A stretch of 64,000 nt of DNA, taken from Promethearchaeota archaeon (lineage in GTDB: Archaea > Asgardarchaeota > Lokiarchaeia > Sigyniarchaeales > SOKP01). The notes beneath the pieces were generated by a model that saw only the letters and a program-made list of their open reading frames with translations, searched no databases and was not told the origin of the DNA. The stretch spans positions 28,588 through 92,587 of the forward strand of contig SHMW01000006.1 of the NCBI GenBank assembly GCA_008080735.1, in the 5' to 3' direction. Positions 29,176-38,241 of this stretch are shown one piece after another (within the stretch, counting starts at the first letter, position 1; the number at the start of each line of letters is the position of its first letter). Made by a program: the position numbers and the translations under genes.

Positions 29176-30045
29176 TCATTCGGGATATTGTTTAAGTACT
29201 ATCTCTTGGTTGATTATATCAAATGCTTTATCAATAGTGATTTTACAATCTAATAAGTCGATAATTAATTTTTTTAAGAGATCTATGTTCCGATTTAGAA
29301 AAGAAATTTCATTCAATTCTTGTACCAATTGTTTTTTAAGTGTTTTATCTGACTTTTTCAATTCAAAGAATTTTTGATAGGTGTCTTTATCAACTTTTAC
29401 TCCCTTCCTAAGGGCTAATATTAATGCTGATGCCTCGTGTTTAGACAAACTCTTAAAATTTTTATGCAATTTAAATTTTGAAGATTTTATTTCATTAATC
29501 AAATAGATTCTAATATTTTCTTTTTTGTGAAATATTTGATAAATATTTGTGATGAATTCAAGGATAAAGGGATATGAAACACCTCTACCGATTTTAAATA
29601 TTAATTTAATTTCATTCATGCTCTCTTCTTCAATATTAGTAATACATTTTCTAATATCTATGAGCATATCTTGTTTAGTAAAGAATGTTTTGGAATAAAA
29701 ATACATCCCATCTAAGAAGACAATCATTCCAATTGTTTCACCAGGGTCTATTGAAAAAAGAAGTTTTGAGTATTCTTTAAATCCACATTGATAAATTTTA
29801 AGAAAATCAAAAAGATATTTTTCAAAATTTTCTCCCTCTTTATAGGGAACGAAATTGACCTTTTTTTCGTTGTAATTATTAATATTAAAAACTTCCTTTA
29901 AGGTTGTAAGAACAACAGAATTAATATTGGGAATTCTCTGTCCTATGTTTAAAACTGTGAAAGGAATTCTCAATCTTTTCAATTCCTTATTTAATTTAAA
30001 GAAAAATTTCGAGTTATTTGTTAATATAAATACCTTTTTTCTCAA
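29176..30045 (-). CDS. Hypothetical protein with RNase H-like (YqgF/RuvC-type) IDPG motif
   Basis: LFSIDPGETIGMIV...INEIKSS...HEASALILA pattern. Confidence 0.55.
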   Translation of the reverse strand: MRKKVFILTNNSKFFFKLNKELKRLRIPFTVLNIGQRIPNINSVVLTTLKEVFNINNYNEKKVNFVPYKEGENFEKYLFDFLKIYQCGFKEYSKLLFSIDPGETIGMIVFLDGMYFYSKTFFTKQDMLIDIRKCITNIEEESMNEIKLIFKIGRGVSYPFILEFITNIYQIFHKKENIRIYLINEIKSSKFKLHKNFKSLSKHEASALILALRKGVKVDKDTYQKFFELKKSDKTLKKQLVQELNEISFLNRNIDLLKKLIIDLLDCKITIDKAFDIINQEIVLKQYPE

Positions 30046-30211
30046 ATTATGTAAAGGAATGTAATAAAAATTAAAAATTTTTGAGAAAAAATGTTAATCT
30101 CTGAATAAGGTTTCCAAAAATCAATAAAACATGAAATCTGAAATATACTAAAGATTTTTAATTTTTAAAAATAAGTTTTTTATCATAATCTTAAAATTAA
30201 ATTTAATAATC

Positions 30212-30940
30212 TTGATAAAGATGGTTTTTTCCTCACATAATAGACTTTACGAGATATTTCGGAAATATCAACCGAAAAACGGGTTATATTCAATATATGG
30301 TAATTTCGGTGTAGGAAAAACAACTCTTGCTTTACAACTTTCTCTTTTTTCTGTTTTAAAAGAAAATGACGTAATTTATTTTTATACAAAACCAAATTTT
30401 CCCTATAACAAACTATTTAAGACCACTCAAACACATGAGATTCTAGATATAAACTTTCTGACTTCCCATCTTAACCTACTGCTTATAAATACCTTTTCTC
30501 AACTTTATACATCGATATTAAATTTAGAATTCATATTTCTAAATAAAAATGAGGGGGATATAATTCCGAAGATGTTAGTTATTGATTCTTTAACGGATTT
30601 GTATCGCTTAGAACTTAACAGTAAAGATGTGGAAAGAAATGTGCGTCTTAATTACCAATTAAATCAAATCTTAGCTACATTAGTTTATCTAAAGCAGAAT
30701 TATACTCTCGATATATTAATTATTAATGAATCCAGCAAAAAAACAGCAATAGGAGAAATTAAGGAAGTTCAAGCAGGTGGAAGTGTAATGGAATACTGGG
30801 TCACAAGGTCTATGAAAATCGAACGGACTAACGTGATAAATAAAAGAAAATTAATAATTAAAAAAATTAATGATAAGACACCGATAGAAATCTTTTCAAC
30901 TTTAACTAATAATGGATTTCAATTAGAACCACACACTTGA
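30212..30940 (+). CDS. RecA/RadB-like ATPase paralog
   Basis: Walker A GNFGVGKT, Walker B LVIDS, no N-terminal HhH domain. Confidence 0.78.
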   Translation: MIKMVFSSHNRLYEIFRKYQPKNGLYSIYGNFGVGKTTLALQLSLFSVLKENDVIYFYTKPNFPYNKLFKTTQTHEILDINFLTSHLNLLLINTFSQLYTSILNLEFIFLNKNEGDIIPKMLVIDSLTDLYRLELNSKDVERNVRLNYQLNQILATLVYLKQNYTLDILIINESSKKTAIGEIKEVQAGGSVMEYWVTRSMKIERTNVINKRKLIIKKINDKTPIEIFSTLTNNGFQLEPHT

Positions 30941-31235
30941 TAATCTCTCTCTTCATTATCTCTAATTTTAATTTAGAAGAGTTAATCATTCTTGTATTAA
31001 ATGGTTTATTCATTAAAACATCAGCAACTTCATCAAGAAACATTCTCGTTATGATTTTGCAGTCCTTATTCAAATCTAGAATCGGTTTTGTAATGAGAAT
31101 AGACTGTGTGGTGTCATTTAAGGTATTAATAACCAAATCAACTTTTTCAATTGGTATCTTTCTTAAATTGATGAATTCTTTAGGATCTCTGATATTAACT
31201 TGATGATCCTCTTCAATCATCAAATCTTCAACCAA
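30906..31235 (-). pseudogene. Truncated TrkA-N/RCK-domain fragment
   Basis: DPKE...IEKVDLVI...DLNKDCKIITR resembles the second half of an RCK domain; the GxGxxG start is missing. Confidence 0.45.
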
Positions 31236-31384
31236 TTCCTCATTTTTCTCAATTAAAAAATATTTCGTATCTAAAATTTTTGATTAGAAAATCCGTAATT
31301 TTGTAGGCCTTATTTTTTTCCTTACTAAAATATTTTGAGTTAAGATGAATTAATACTATTATATCACGGAGAGATGTATGATTT

Positions 31385-32398
31385 ATGAAAAAGTCAGTTG
31401 TAAACAAGAAAAATCAAGAGGGTCTCAAATTATCAAAATATTTACAAAAAAACGTCCCAAAATATTTTCCCCGAAGGGGGGAATTGGTGGAATTAATCGA
31501 AACCATCGCAGAAGCCACCATCCCTATACGTGGTTTATTAGAACGCGGAATTACTTCACGAGAAATAAATTACAGGATGCATATAACTGAGAGTCAAGAA
31601 ATCGCAGAAAATATATATGAAGAGGAACAAATTCATGAGGATGTTTTAACACATTCTATTATTATGAAAGCAATTCAGGAGGCAGATGTTGAATATGCAT
31701 ACATCGCAAGTGAAGAGGCTGAACCAGTATTAGGCAATGGAAAATTCGGTATAACAATTGATCCTGTTGACGGATCATCTAATGTCGCTGTTAATAGAAC
31801 CGTTGGAACTATTGTTGGGATTTATGATGAGCAAGAAGGAATAATTTGTGCGTTTTATGTATTATATGGGATATTTACTAACTTAATATTATCAATTAAT
31901 GGAAAAGTCGCTGAATTTATCTTAGATACAACTCCTTATTCAATGACATTTTATCATTTTATATTTTTGGAAGAAATTGAAATGCCTAACCCAAAGGAGG
32001 GAGGTATCCGCTGTTTAGGAGGCGACCCGAAAGATTGGCCGGAAAAATGTCAAAAATACAAACAGAACTTAATTCGAAAGAATTTTAAAGATAGATATTC
32101 TGGGTCTTTTGTTGGAGACTTCCACGCCGTGATTAAATACGGTGGGATTTATGCTTATTTTCCCTCCCCCAAACCAAAACTGCGTCTTTATTATGAATGG
32201 CTTCCTCTAGCATTTATTTGTAAATCTCTTGGAGGAGAATTTTTGATTATTGGGGTTGAACAAGATCTTGACAAAGTCGAAAAAATTGAAAATGTCTCAA
32301 CTTTAACTAAAGAAAATGTTGAAAAGATCCACTCAAGTATATGTGGTGGACTTATTGGAAGCAAATATGCTGTATTGCTTTACAATCAAATAGAATAG
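31385..32398 (+). CDS. fbp: Fructose-1,6-bisphosphatase class I
   Basis: IASEE, IDPVDGSSN...VGTI, RYSGSFVGDFH...GGIYAY and KLRLYYE motifs. Confidence 0.88.
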   Translation: MKKSVVNKKNQEGLKLSKYLQKNVPKYFPRRGELVELIETIAEATIPIRGLLERGITSREINYRMHITESQEIAENIYEEEQIHEDVLTHSIIMKAIQEADVEYAYIASEEAEPVLGNGKFGITIDPVDGSSNVAVNRTVGTIVGIYDEQEGIICAFYVLYGIFTNLILSINGKVAEFILDTTPYSMTFYHFIFLEEIEMPNPKEGGIRCLGGDPKDWPEKCQKYKQNLIRKNFKDRYSGSFVGDFHAVIKYGGIYAYFPSPKPKLRLYYEWLPLAFICKSLGGEFLIIGVEQDLDKVEKIENVSTLTKENVEKIHSSICGGLIGSKYAVLLYNQIE

Positions 32399-32414
32399 AT
32401 ATGGTTTTTTAGAG

Positions 32415-33671
32415 ATGAACTCAGAAAATTCCATCCTTGATACCGATAAACTTAGCATTTTAGAAGAAGGTCAAGCTAAATTCTATCTCTTTAATAAGGA
32501 TTTGAGTTCTATTCCCACAAAATCTATGGAAGTGTTTTATAATAAGGGGATGGAAATAAATCGAGATATAACATGTTTAGCGGTTGAGACCTACAGTGAT
32601 TATTATAATAAAAAAAAATTAATTGTTATTGATTCCATGGCGGGCTCTGGAATTGGATCGATTAGAATACTGAAAGAATGCAAAAATATTGAGAAAATAT
32701 ATATAAACGATATTAATCCCACGGCAAAGCAATTGATTATTAAAAATCTCAGATTAAATGGTATGGAAAATAATCGTATCAAAATAAAAGTATCACGAAA
32801 AGATGCAAATTACCTTTTAAGTGAAATAACCAATAAATATTTAACAAACAACCTTACCGTAGCAAAAAAACCAAATATTATTTCTATTGATCCATTTGGA
32901 ACCCCAAATCTCTATATTGATACCGCATTTAAGGCTATTCAAAAAAAAGGAGGGTTTTTATGCATAACTGCGACCGATACAGCAGTTCTATTTGGGGTCA
33001 AACCAAAAGCATGTCTTAGAAAATATATGGCAAAACCACTTCATAATGAATTTTGTAAGGAAATAGGTGCTCGAATTTTACTGTATTTTCTCTCACGAAT
33101 AGCAAATATAAATGGATTAGGAATTACTCCGTTGTTGACATTTTATCATCGTCACTTTATCAGGATATTCTTAATAACATTCCCAGAAAAAAAGAAAGTG
33201 GCAAATCAAATAGCTTTTTATAAATTTCTTATTTATTGTAAAAAATGTGGACATAGATTTATCGTACAGAACTCTCCCCTGCAGGATAAATTGAAGTGTA
33301 GTCTCTGTGGAGAAAAAACTCATTTGGATTATGCTGGCCCTTTATGGACGGGAAAGATTCATGATGAGAATTTTATTAACAAACTAAAAGAATACAATGC
33401 AATGAGTGCTCTGAATAATAGAAAGAAATTAGCACGCATATTAGAATATTGCGCCCAAGAATTGACCACGCCCATCTCATATTATAATATTCATGAAATC
33501 TGTAAAGTGATTAATTCTAATACTATACCAAAAATGGAAACCATCATAGAAACGATAAGGAAAGAAGGATACAGGGCTTCTCGAACACATTTTGATTTCA
33601 CATCAATTAAAACAGACATGGATATTGATTCTTTAAAAATTATACTTTTACGACTTGAAAAGGAGGTGTAG
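32415..33671 (+). CDS. trm1: tRNA (guanine26-N2)-dimethyltransferase
   Basis: VFYN...NRD, DSMAGSGIGSIR, IDPFGTP, TATD, GPLW and SRTHF motifs. Confidence 0.95.
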   Translation: MNSENSILDTDKLSILEEGQAKFYLFNKDLSSIPTKSMEVFYNKGMEINRDITCLAVETYSDYYNKKKLIVIDSMAGSGIGSIRILKECKNIEKIYINDINPTAKQLIIKNLRLNGMENNRIKIKVSRKDANYLLSEITNKYLTNNLTVAKKPNIISIDPFGTPNLYIDTAFKAIQKKGGFLCITATDTAVLFGVKPKACLRKYMAKPLHNEFCKEIGARILLYFLSRIANINGLGITPLLTFYHRHFIRIFLITFPEKKKVANQIAFYKFLIYCKKCGHRFIVQNSPLQDKLKCSLCGEKTHLDYAGPLWTGKIHDENFINKLKEYNAMSALNNRKKLARILEYCAQELTTPISYYNIHEICKVINSNTIPKMETIIETIRKEGYRASRTHFDFTSIKTDMDIDSLKIILLRLEKEV

Positions 33672-33674
33672 GTT

Positions 33675-34313
33675 ATGACTTCTGATGAGTCCCATCGACA
33701 TAAGCGTGATGAACACTATAAAAAAGCTAAAAAAGAAGGTTATAGAGCTCGTTCGGCATACAAACTCATAGATATTCAGAATAAATTTAATATTTTTAAG
33801 CGCGCATTCTATATCTTAGACATCGGATCTGCTCCTGGCTCATGGATTCAAGTTGCAAAAAAATATGCTGAAGAAAATACCGAAAAGTATAATGACAGAT
33901 ATTATCATCGAGATGAATTTAAGATCCTTGGTGTGGATATTAATAGAGTGTCGCCGATTGAGAATGTGGAAACAGTCAAAATGGATGCGACCAAGCCCGA
34001 GTTTAAGAAAAAAATTGCATCATATTTTGACGATAAATTAGACCTTATATTATCAGATGCGTCAATTAATAAATCGGGCAATAAATTCAGTGACCATATC
34101 AAACAAATACGCTTATGCTATGATATTCTTACTCTGGCAAAAGATTTCTTAAAAAATAAAGGAAATTTAGTGATAAAATGCTTCCAAGGGACCGATTTTA
34201 AAGAATTATATGATCATTTCAAAAAAGAGTTTCGGGTTGGAAAAGCCTATAAACCGCAAGCATCTAAAAAGAAAAGTAATGAGATTTATCTTATTGGATT
34301 GAATAAGAATTAG
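33675..34313 (+). CDS. rlmE: 23S rRNA Um2552 2'-O-methyltransferase (RlmE/FtsJ)
   Basis: GYRARSAYKL, DIGSAPGSW, ILSD and KPQASKKKSNEIY motifs. Confidence 0.95.
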   Translation: MTSDESHRHKRDEHYKKAKKEGYRARSAYKLIDIQNKFNIFKRAFYILDIGSAPGSWIQVAKKYAEENTEKYNDRYYHRDEFKILGVDINRVSPIENVETVKMDATKPEFKKKIASYFDDKLDLILSDASINKSGNKFSDHIKQIRLCYDILTLAKDFLKNKGNLVIKCFQGTDFKELYDHFKKEFRVGKAYKPQASKKKSNEIYLIGLNKN

Positions 34314-34315
34314 AT

Positions 34316-34942
34316 TTATTGTTCTTCATATAATTCTTCTTGATATTCTTCAAAATCGACCGTATATTCTTCTCCTTCTAAAGAAATCTTAATCCAATCA
34401 CTTAGCCAAGGACAATAATGAGGATTATAAACATCTGGATTATCATCTGCGCATTGCTCGGTAAACGGACAAATAAAGCAAGGTTGTCTGTTAAATATAT
34501 CCCATATCCAATCGGGTCTACTTTTATCAACTTTTTTTTCTTGTACTTTAATACCTTCTCTCTCTTCATCTATTTCTTTTATTGCGAAGATATGTTTACT
34601 CCAGCTTGCATCCACTAACTCTCTTCTCACCTTAATCCTCGATTGTAATGCTAAAATATCTACAATCTCATCGAGCTTGTTTCGTTCTATATCAAATCTG
34701 CTCACTAAGTCATTAAAAAAAATCTCCTCTTCCTTATCTATCACATCCAGGACTTGTTTTTCTTGTTTTGTTAAGTTGCGAGTGAGCTCTTTTCTCCGTT
34801 CTTCAATCCTTTCCATCCGCCTTTCCGACGTACTTTTTTCCTCTTCTTGACTCTCCATCCGCTCCTTAACTTTACATTTATGTCTACTTAGATATACAAA
34901 CCACTTACCACAATATGGACATTGTTCCTTCTTTTTACCCAT
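34316..34942 (-). CDS. RPC34/TFE-beta-like transcription factor (winged helix + 4Fe-4S domain) with N-terminal zinc finger
   Basis: Central wH-like region (LTKQEKQVLDVI...), C-terminal PC-x2-C-x5-C-x12-CxWLxDW cluster, N-terminal CPYC...HKC. Confidence 0.75.
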   Translation of the reverse strand: MGKKKEQCPYCGKWFVYLSRHKCKVKERMESQEEEKSTSERRMERIEERRKELTRNLTKQEKQVLDVIDKEEEIFFNDLVSRFDIERNKLDEIVDILALQSRIKVRRELVDASWSKHIFAIKEIDEEREGIKVQEKKVDKSRPDWIWDIFNRQPCFICPFTEQCADDNPDVYNPHYCPWLSDWIKISLEGEEYTVDFEEYQEELYEEQ

Positions 34943-34973
34943 CTGAGAATCTCCTTGATATACTTCTTTCAGC

Positions 34974-35053
34974 TATCATTTTGAAAGGGATATAAATAGA
35001 AGATCATTTCCATCTTATCTTTCGGACGGTATATTGTTGTTTTCAAAATGATA
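34974..35053. repeat. Perfect 13-bp inverted repeat (TATCATTTTGAAA / TTTCAAAATGATA) with an inner hairpin
   Basis: Arms at 34974-34986 and 35041-35053; inner AAGAT...ATCTT stem. Confidence 0.75.
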
Positions 35054-35197
35054 TCTCAAATTTTAATAATAGAACATCTTATTATATATAATTTTAACTT
35101 AACGATCGATCAAAAATTAATTTTGTGTTTTAAAATCTGAGTTGATAATTTAATACAATTTTAAATAATATAGTGAAACTAGTATATTGAGAAAAGG

Positions 35198-36013
35198 ATG
35201 GATCTACCAAGAGTATTAGGTATCGATAGAAAGCAGATCATAGACCTTAAGAAAAAAAAAGAGAAATATCATAACCGGCAAACTGAAACCAGGATTTCAA
35301 TTGGTGCAAATAATTTTGATCTCATCTTAGGAGGGGGTTTGTGTTCTGGGAATGTTTATCTCGTATTTGGTGATCCACGGACAGGAAAAACTCAACTTTG
35401 CCACCAAATCTGCCTTCAAGGTTACAAATTCTTTTCTGATAAATTCAAACCTTTAGATCAACGCGTCATTTTATATTTTGATACAGAGAATACCTTCCGT
35501 CCCGAACGGATAAATCAATTAGCGGAATATGCGAAAATTGCTTCTGATCCGCTTTTAAAATGTATAGTTGTGTCAAATTTACTGAGTAATGCTGCTTTGC
35601 TAAAATCTTTTGAGAATATTGAAGATTTGCTGAGAAAGGAACCCATTAGAATATTTCTCATCGATAGTATTAATAATCATTATCGCTCTGAAAAAAGTTC
35701 TCACGAATCTACCTTTAATAAGGCTAAAAATGAATTAATTTCTATATTAGAAGCCATATGCCATATAACTCATAAATATGACTTGATCACTTTGCTCACC
35801 GCTCAAGTATCGCCGAATTTTATGGAATCTGCCATTATAAAAGAATTGCCCGTTGGCTTGCCTTATCTCAACCATTATTTCTCCGAAGAAATTTATCTTC
35901 AACATAAAGAAGGAAAAAAATGTTATGCACATATAGTAAACTCGCACAAACTCCCAGAGCGTAAACTGCTTTATAAAATTACCAAACAAGGGATTAGAGA
36001 TTTTAAAATATAA
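35198..36013 (+). CDS. RadA/Rad51-like paralog lacking the N-terminal HhH domain
   Basis: DLILGGG, GDPRTGKTQLCHQ, YFDTENTFRPERI and LIDS motifs. Confidence 0.85.
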   Translation: MDLPRVLGIDRKQIIDLKKKKEKYHNRQTETRISIGANNFDLILGGGLCSGNVYLVFGDPRTGKTQLCHQICLQGYKFFSDKFKPLDQRVILYFDTENTFRPERINQLAEYAKIASDPLLKCIVVSNLLSNAALLKSFENIEDLLRKEPIRIFLIDSINNHYRSEKSSHESTFNKAKNELISILEAICHITHKYDLITLLTAQVSPNFMESAIIKELPVGLPYLNHYFSEEIYLQHKEGKKCYAHIVNSHKLPERKLLYKITKQGIRDFKI

Positions 36014-36017
36014 CGCC

Positions 36018-36923
36018 TTAGTGTGTTAACTTCTTCATAAACTCTTTAAAAGCGATATATTCACCATGCTTCGTCTCCGCACCCAAGGTGGAATCTACAA
36101 AATAAATTTCATTATTAATCTTGTCAAAAAGAGCATCTAATAATTTTGTTGCATATTGAAGTTTTTTTCGCTTCACCAAACTTGCCTCTTGGTTCTCTGT
36201 ATAATTCTGTTTTGAATATTTCCCTATTTTTCCATTAAAATCCATCCCTATTAGGTAGAGCTTTTGAGTCGGTAAGAGAACCTCTCTGAGGAAATAGAAA
36301 ATTCTGTCTCCATCCGTGAAGCCTCCTGGATTTAAGATGGGACCTTTTGGCTTAACTTGGGTGGTACCGATCACATTATCTTTCTGAATAATATCTCCCT
36401 GGAACTCATTCAATTTGTTGAGATTATCCCCGTGTCCGTGGACGATTACAAAGTCTGCATAATGGAACTCTTTAGACGTAATTCCGTCTAGGTCAGTAAA
36501 AACTCCCAACACGGGAATATGATTTTCTCTTAATAACACCGCTGCCCCATCTGCAGCTAAATGCACTTGCTTCCTAATATACGAATTTCCAATATTATTT
36601 CGCATTTTCTCCACAGTACGCTCTAAGCTTGGTCCACAACCATAAATCAGAATATTGGAAGAACTCTGGATACGTGTGCTAAATTCCTGTAGAGTATCTG
36701 TGATATGTAAATCTCTTTTGCGTTTTTTGAAAAAATTAAGAAGTAAGTCCCGCGCTTCTCTATCCAAATTTATATCAAACCCAAAATCAGCAATGATCCT
36801 TTCATACCACGGCTTAAATTCATAATATTTATTGATATCAATTATATCCATACTTTTCGCTCTCTGAATGAGGTTAACATCTATCAATCGATTTTGTATT
36901 CTTCTCTCTTTTAAAAAAATCAC
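36018..36923 (-). CDS. mptE: 6-hydroxymethyl-7,8-dihydropterin pyrophosphokinase (DUF115)
   Basis: GCGPSL, AADGA, TDLDG, HGHGDN, GGFTDGDR and GMDF motifs. The true start may be ATG 36851. Confidence 0.88.
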   Translation of the reverse strand: MIFLKERRIQNRLIDVNLIQRAKSMDIIDINKYYEFKPWYERIIADFGFDINLDREARDLLLNFFKKRKRDLHITDTLQEFSTRIQSSSNILIYGCGPSLERTVEKMRNNIGNSYIRKQVHLAADGAAVLLRENHIPVLGVFTDLDGITSKEFHYADFVIVHGHGDNLNKLNEFQGDIIQKDNVIGTTQVKPKGPILNPGGFTDGDRIFYFLREVLLPTQKLYLIGMDFNGKIGKYSKQNYTENQEASLVKRKKLQYATKLLDALFDKINNEIYFVDSTLGAETKHGEYIAFKEFMKKLTH

Positions 36924-37026
36924 CCATCGTGAATTAACCTTTACATTTATATGATTCTCTTACTAATATAATAGATATACAAAATCGTACAATTCCTTTA
37001 AAATTATATCTAAATGGTGAATATAG

Positions 37027-37500
37027 ATGGTTAAATGGCCGAAAGCTTGTATTGGATGTACGGAGTCTGATTCATCGAAATTAAAACATTTCTCATATAC
37101 TCGTAGGAAAAATCTAATGCAAAATTCCCAAGATATCGCAGCTAAAAGACAACCTTATTTCTACGTCGACACCTCTGCATATCTATGTAATAAATGTTTG
37201 CAAAAAACAAGAAATCGATTTTTACTCACATTAATTCTTTCTCTGGCTGGATTCCTTGGAGGCGGATATCTCACATTCGATTTTGATCTTCCCACTGCTG
37301 TAAATATAATCGGGTTCTTTGTAATGATAATATCAATACCGATTCTGATACTCACTATCGTACTACGACGTCATTTTCCAAATTTCTATTGGAAATTTAA
37401 GGTGAAAAATCGAGAAGTACCCATATTTCAGTTTCAAAATCAAGAATTTGCTCAAATCTTTAAACAAGCAAACCCAAATGAACAAATTAAAGGAGTATAA
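37027..37500 (+). CDS. Hypothetical 2-TM protein with split CxxC...CxxC
   Basis: CIGC and CNKC motifs, two TM helices, GGTGA SD. Confidence 0.7.
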   Translation: MVKWPKACIGCTESDSSKLKHFSYTRRKNLMQNSQDIAAKRQPYFYVDTSAYLCNKCLQKTRNRFLLTLILSLAGFLGGGYLTFDFDLPTAVNIIGFFVMIISIPILILTIVLRRHFPNFYWKFKVKNREVPIFQFQNQEFAQIFKQANPNEQIKGV

Positions 37501-37767
37501 ACTCTATCAAAACCTCCACATATCAGTCTCTTCTTTTTTTTTTGAATGATTATTCGCACCTATGGAGAAACGCTGTACCGTTCGGTTTATCATTTCGAAT
37601 CAGAAACAGAAGAATAACGATTATCGACACACCGATGAAGCAAATAAGGAGTGATTAATTTGGTTTTTATAAATTTTTTCCACAATTTTTATATTTTTTC
37701 TAAAATTACTCTGCATTGTCATAAAATTGAATTCAATTTTTCAATAACACAAAAAGAGTTGTATTAA

Positions 37768-38187
37768 ATGTCAGAAGTAAAAGACGGACTTTTTTACACC
37801 AAGACGCACCAATGGTTTGATCCAAGCTCAGGAGCAGTTGGCTTAACTGCTTACGCTGCCGAGCAATTAGGTGAGATCTCTTTCGTAGATGTCGATCCTA
37901 TTGAAGGTTCAGATGTTTCACAACTAGAAATGGATGGCGATGAACCAGCAAGCGATCCATTAGATGCGACAGTTGAATCCAGCAAAGCTGTTGGAGATAT
38001 TTATAGTCCGGTTTCTGGAACTGTTTCCGAAACTAATGGAGATTTATTAGATTATCCTGAAAGAGTAAATGAAGATCCATATGGAGAAGGTTGGCTTTTT
38101 AAGGTAGACCCTTCCAATTGGGATGCTGAAAAGGGTAATTTATTAGACGCTGGAGCCTACAAGGATTATATCGCTGGATTAGAGTAA
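37768..38187 (+). CDS. gcvH: Glycine cleavage system H (lipoyl carrier) protein
   Basis: YTKTHQW, GLTAYA, VESSKAVGDIYSPVSG (lipoyl Lys) and NEDPYGEGW motifs. Confidence 0.93.
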   Translation: MSEVKDGLFYTKTHQWFDPSSGAVGLTAYAAEQLGEISFVDVDPIEGSDVSQLEMDGDEPASDPLDATVESSKAVGDIYSPVSGTVSETNGDLLDYPERVNEDPYGEGWLFKVDPSNWDAEKGNLLDAGAYKDYIAGLE

Positions 38188-38241
38188 ATTTGTTTAGATT
38201 TATTAAATATACCTTTCTTTTTTTTTATATTAACCTCTCTC

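Noticed and set aside
34974-35053. Hairpin considered as a SECIS element
   Set aside because: No convincing AUGA/GA quartet with apical AA, it lies 5' of both flanking genes, and no UGA-containing selenoprotein is adjacent.
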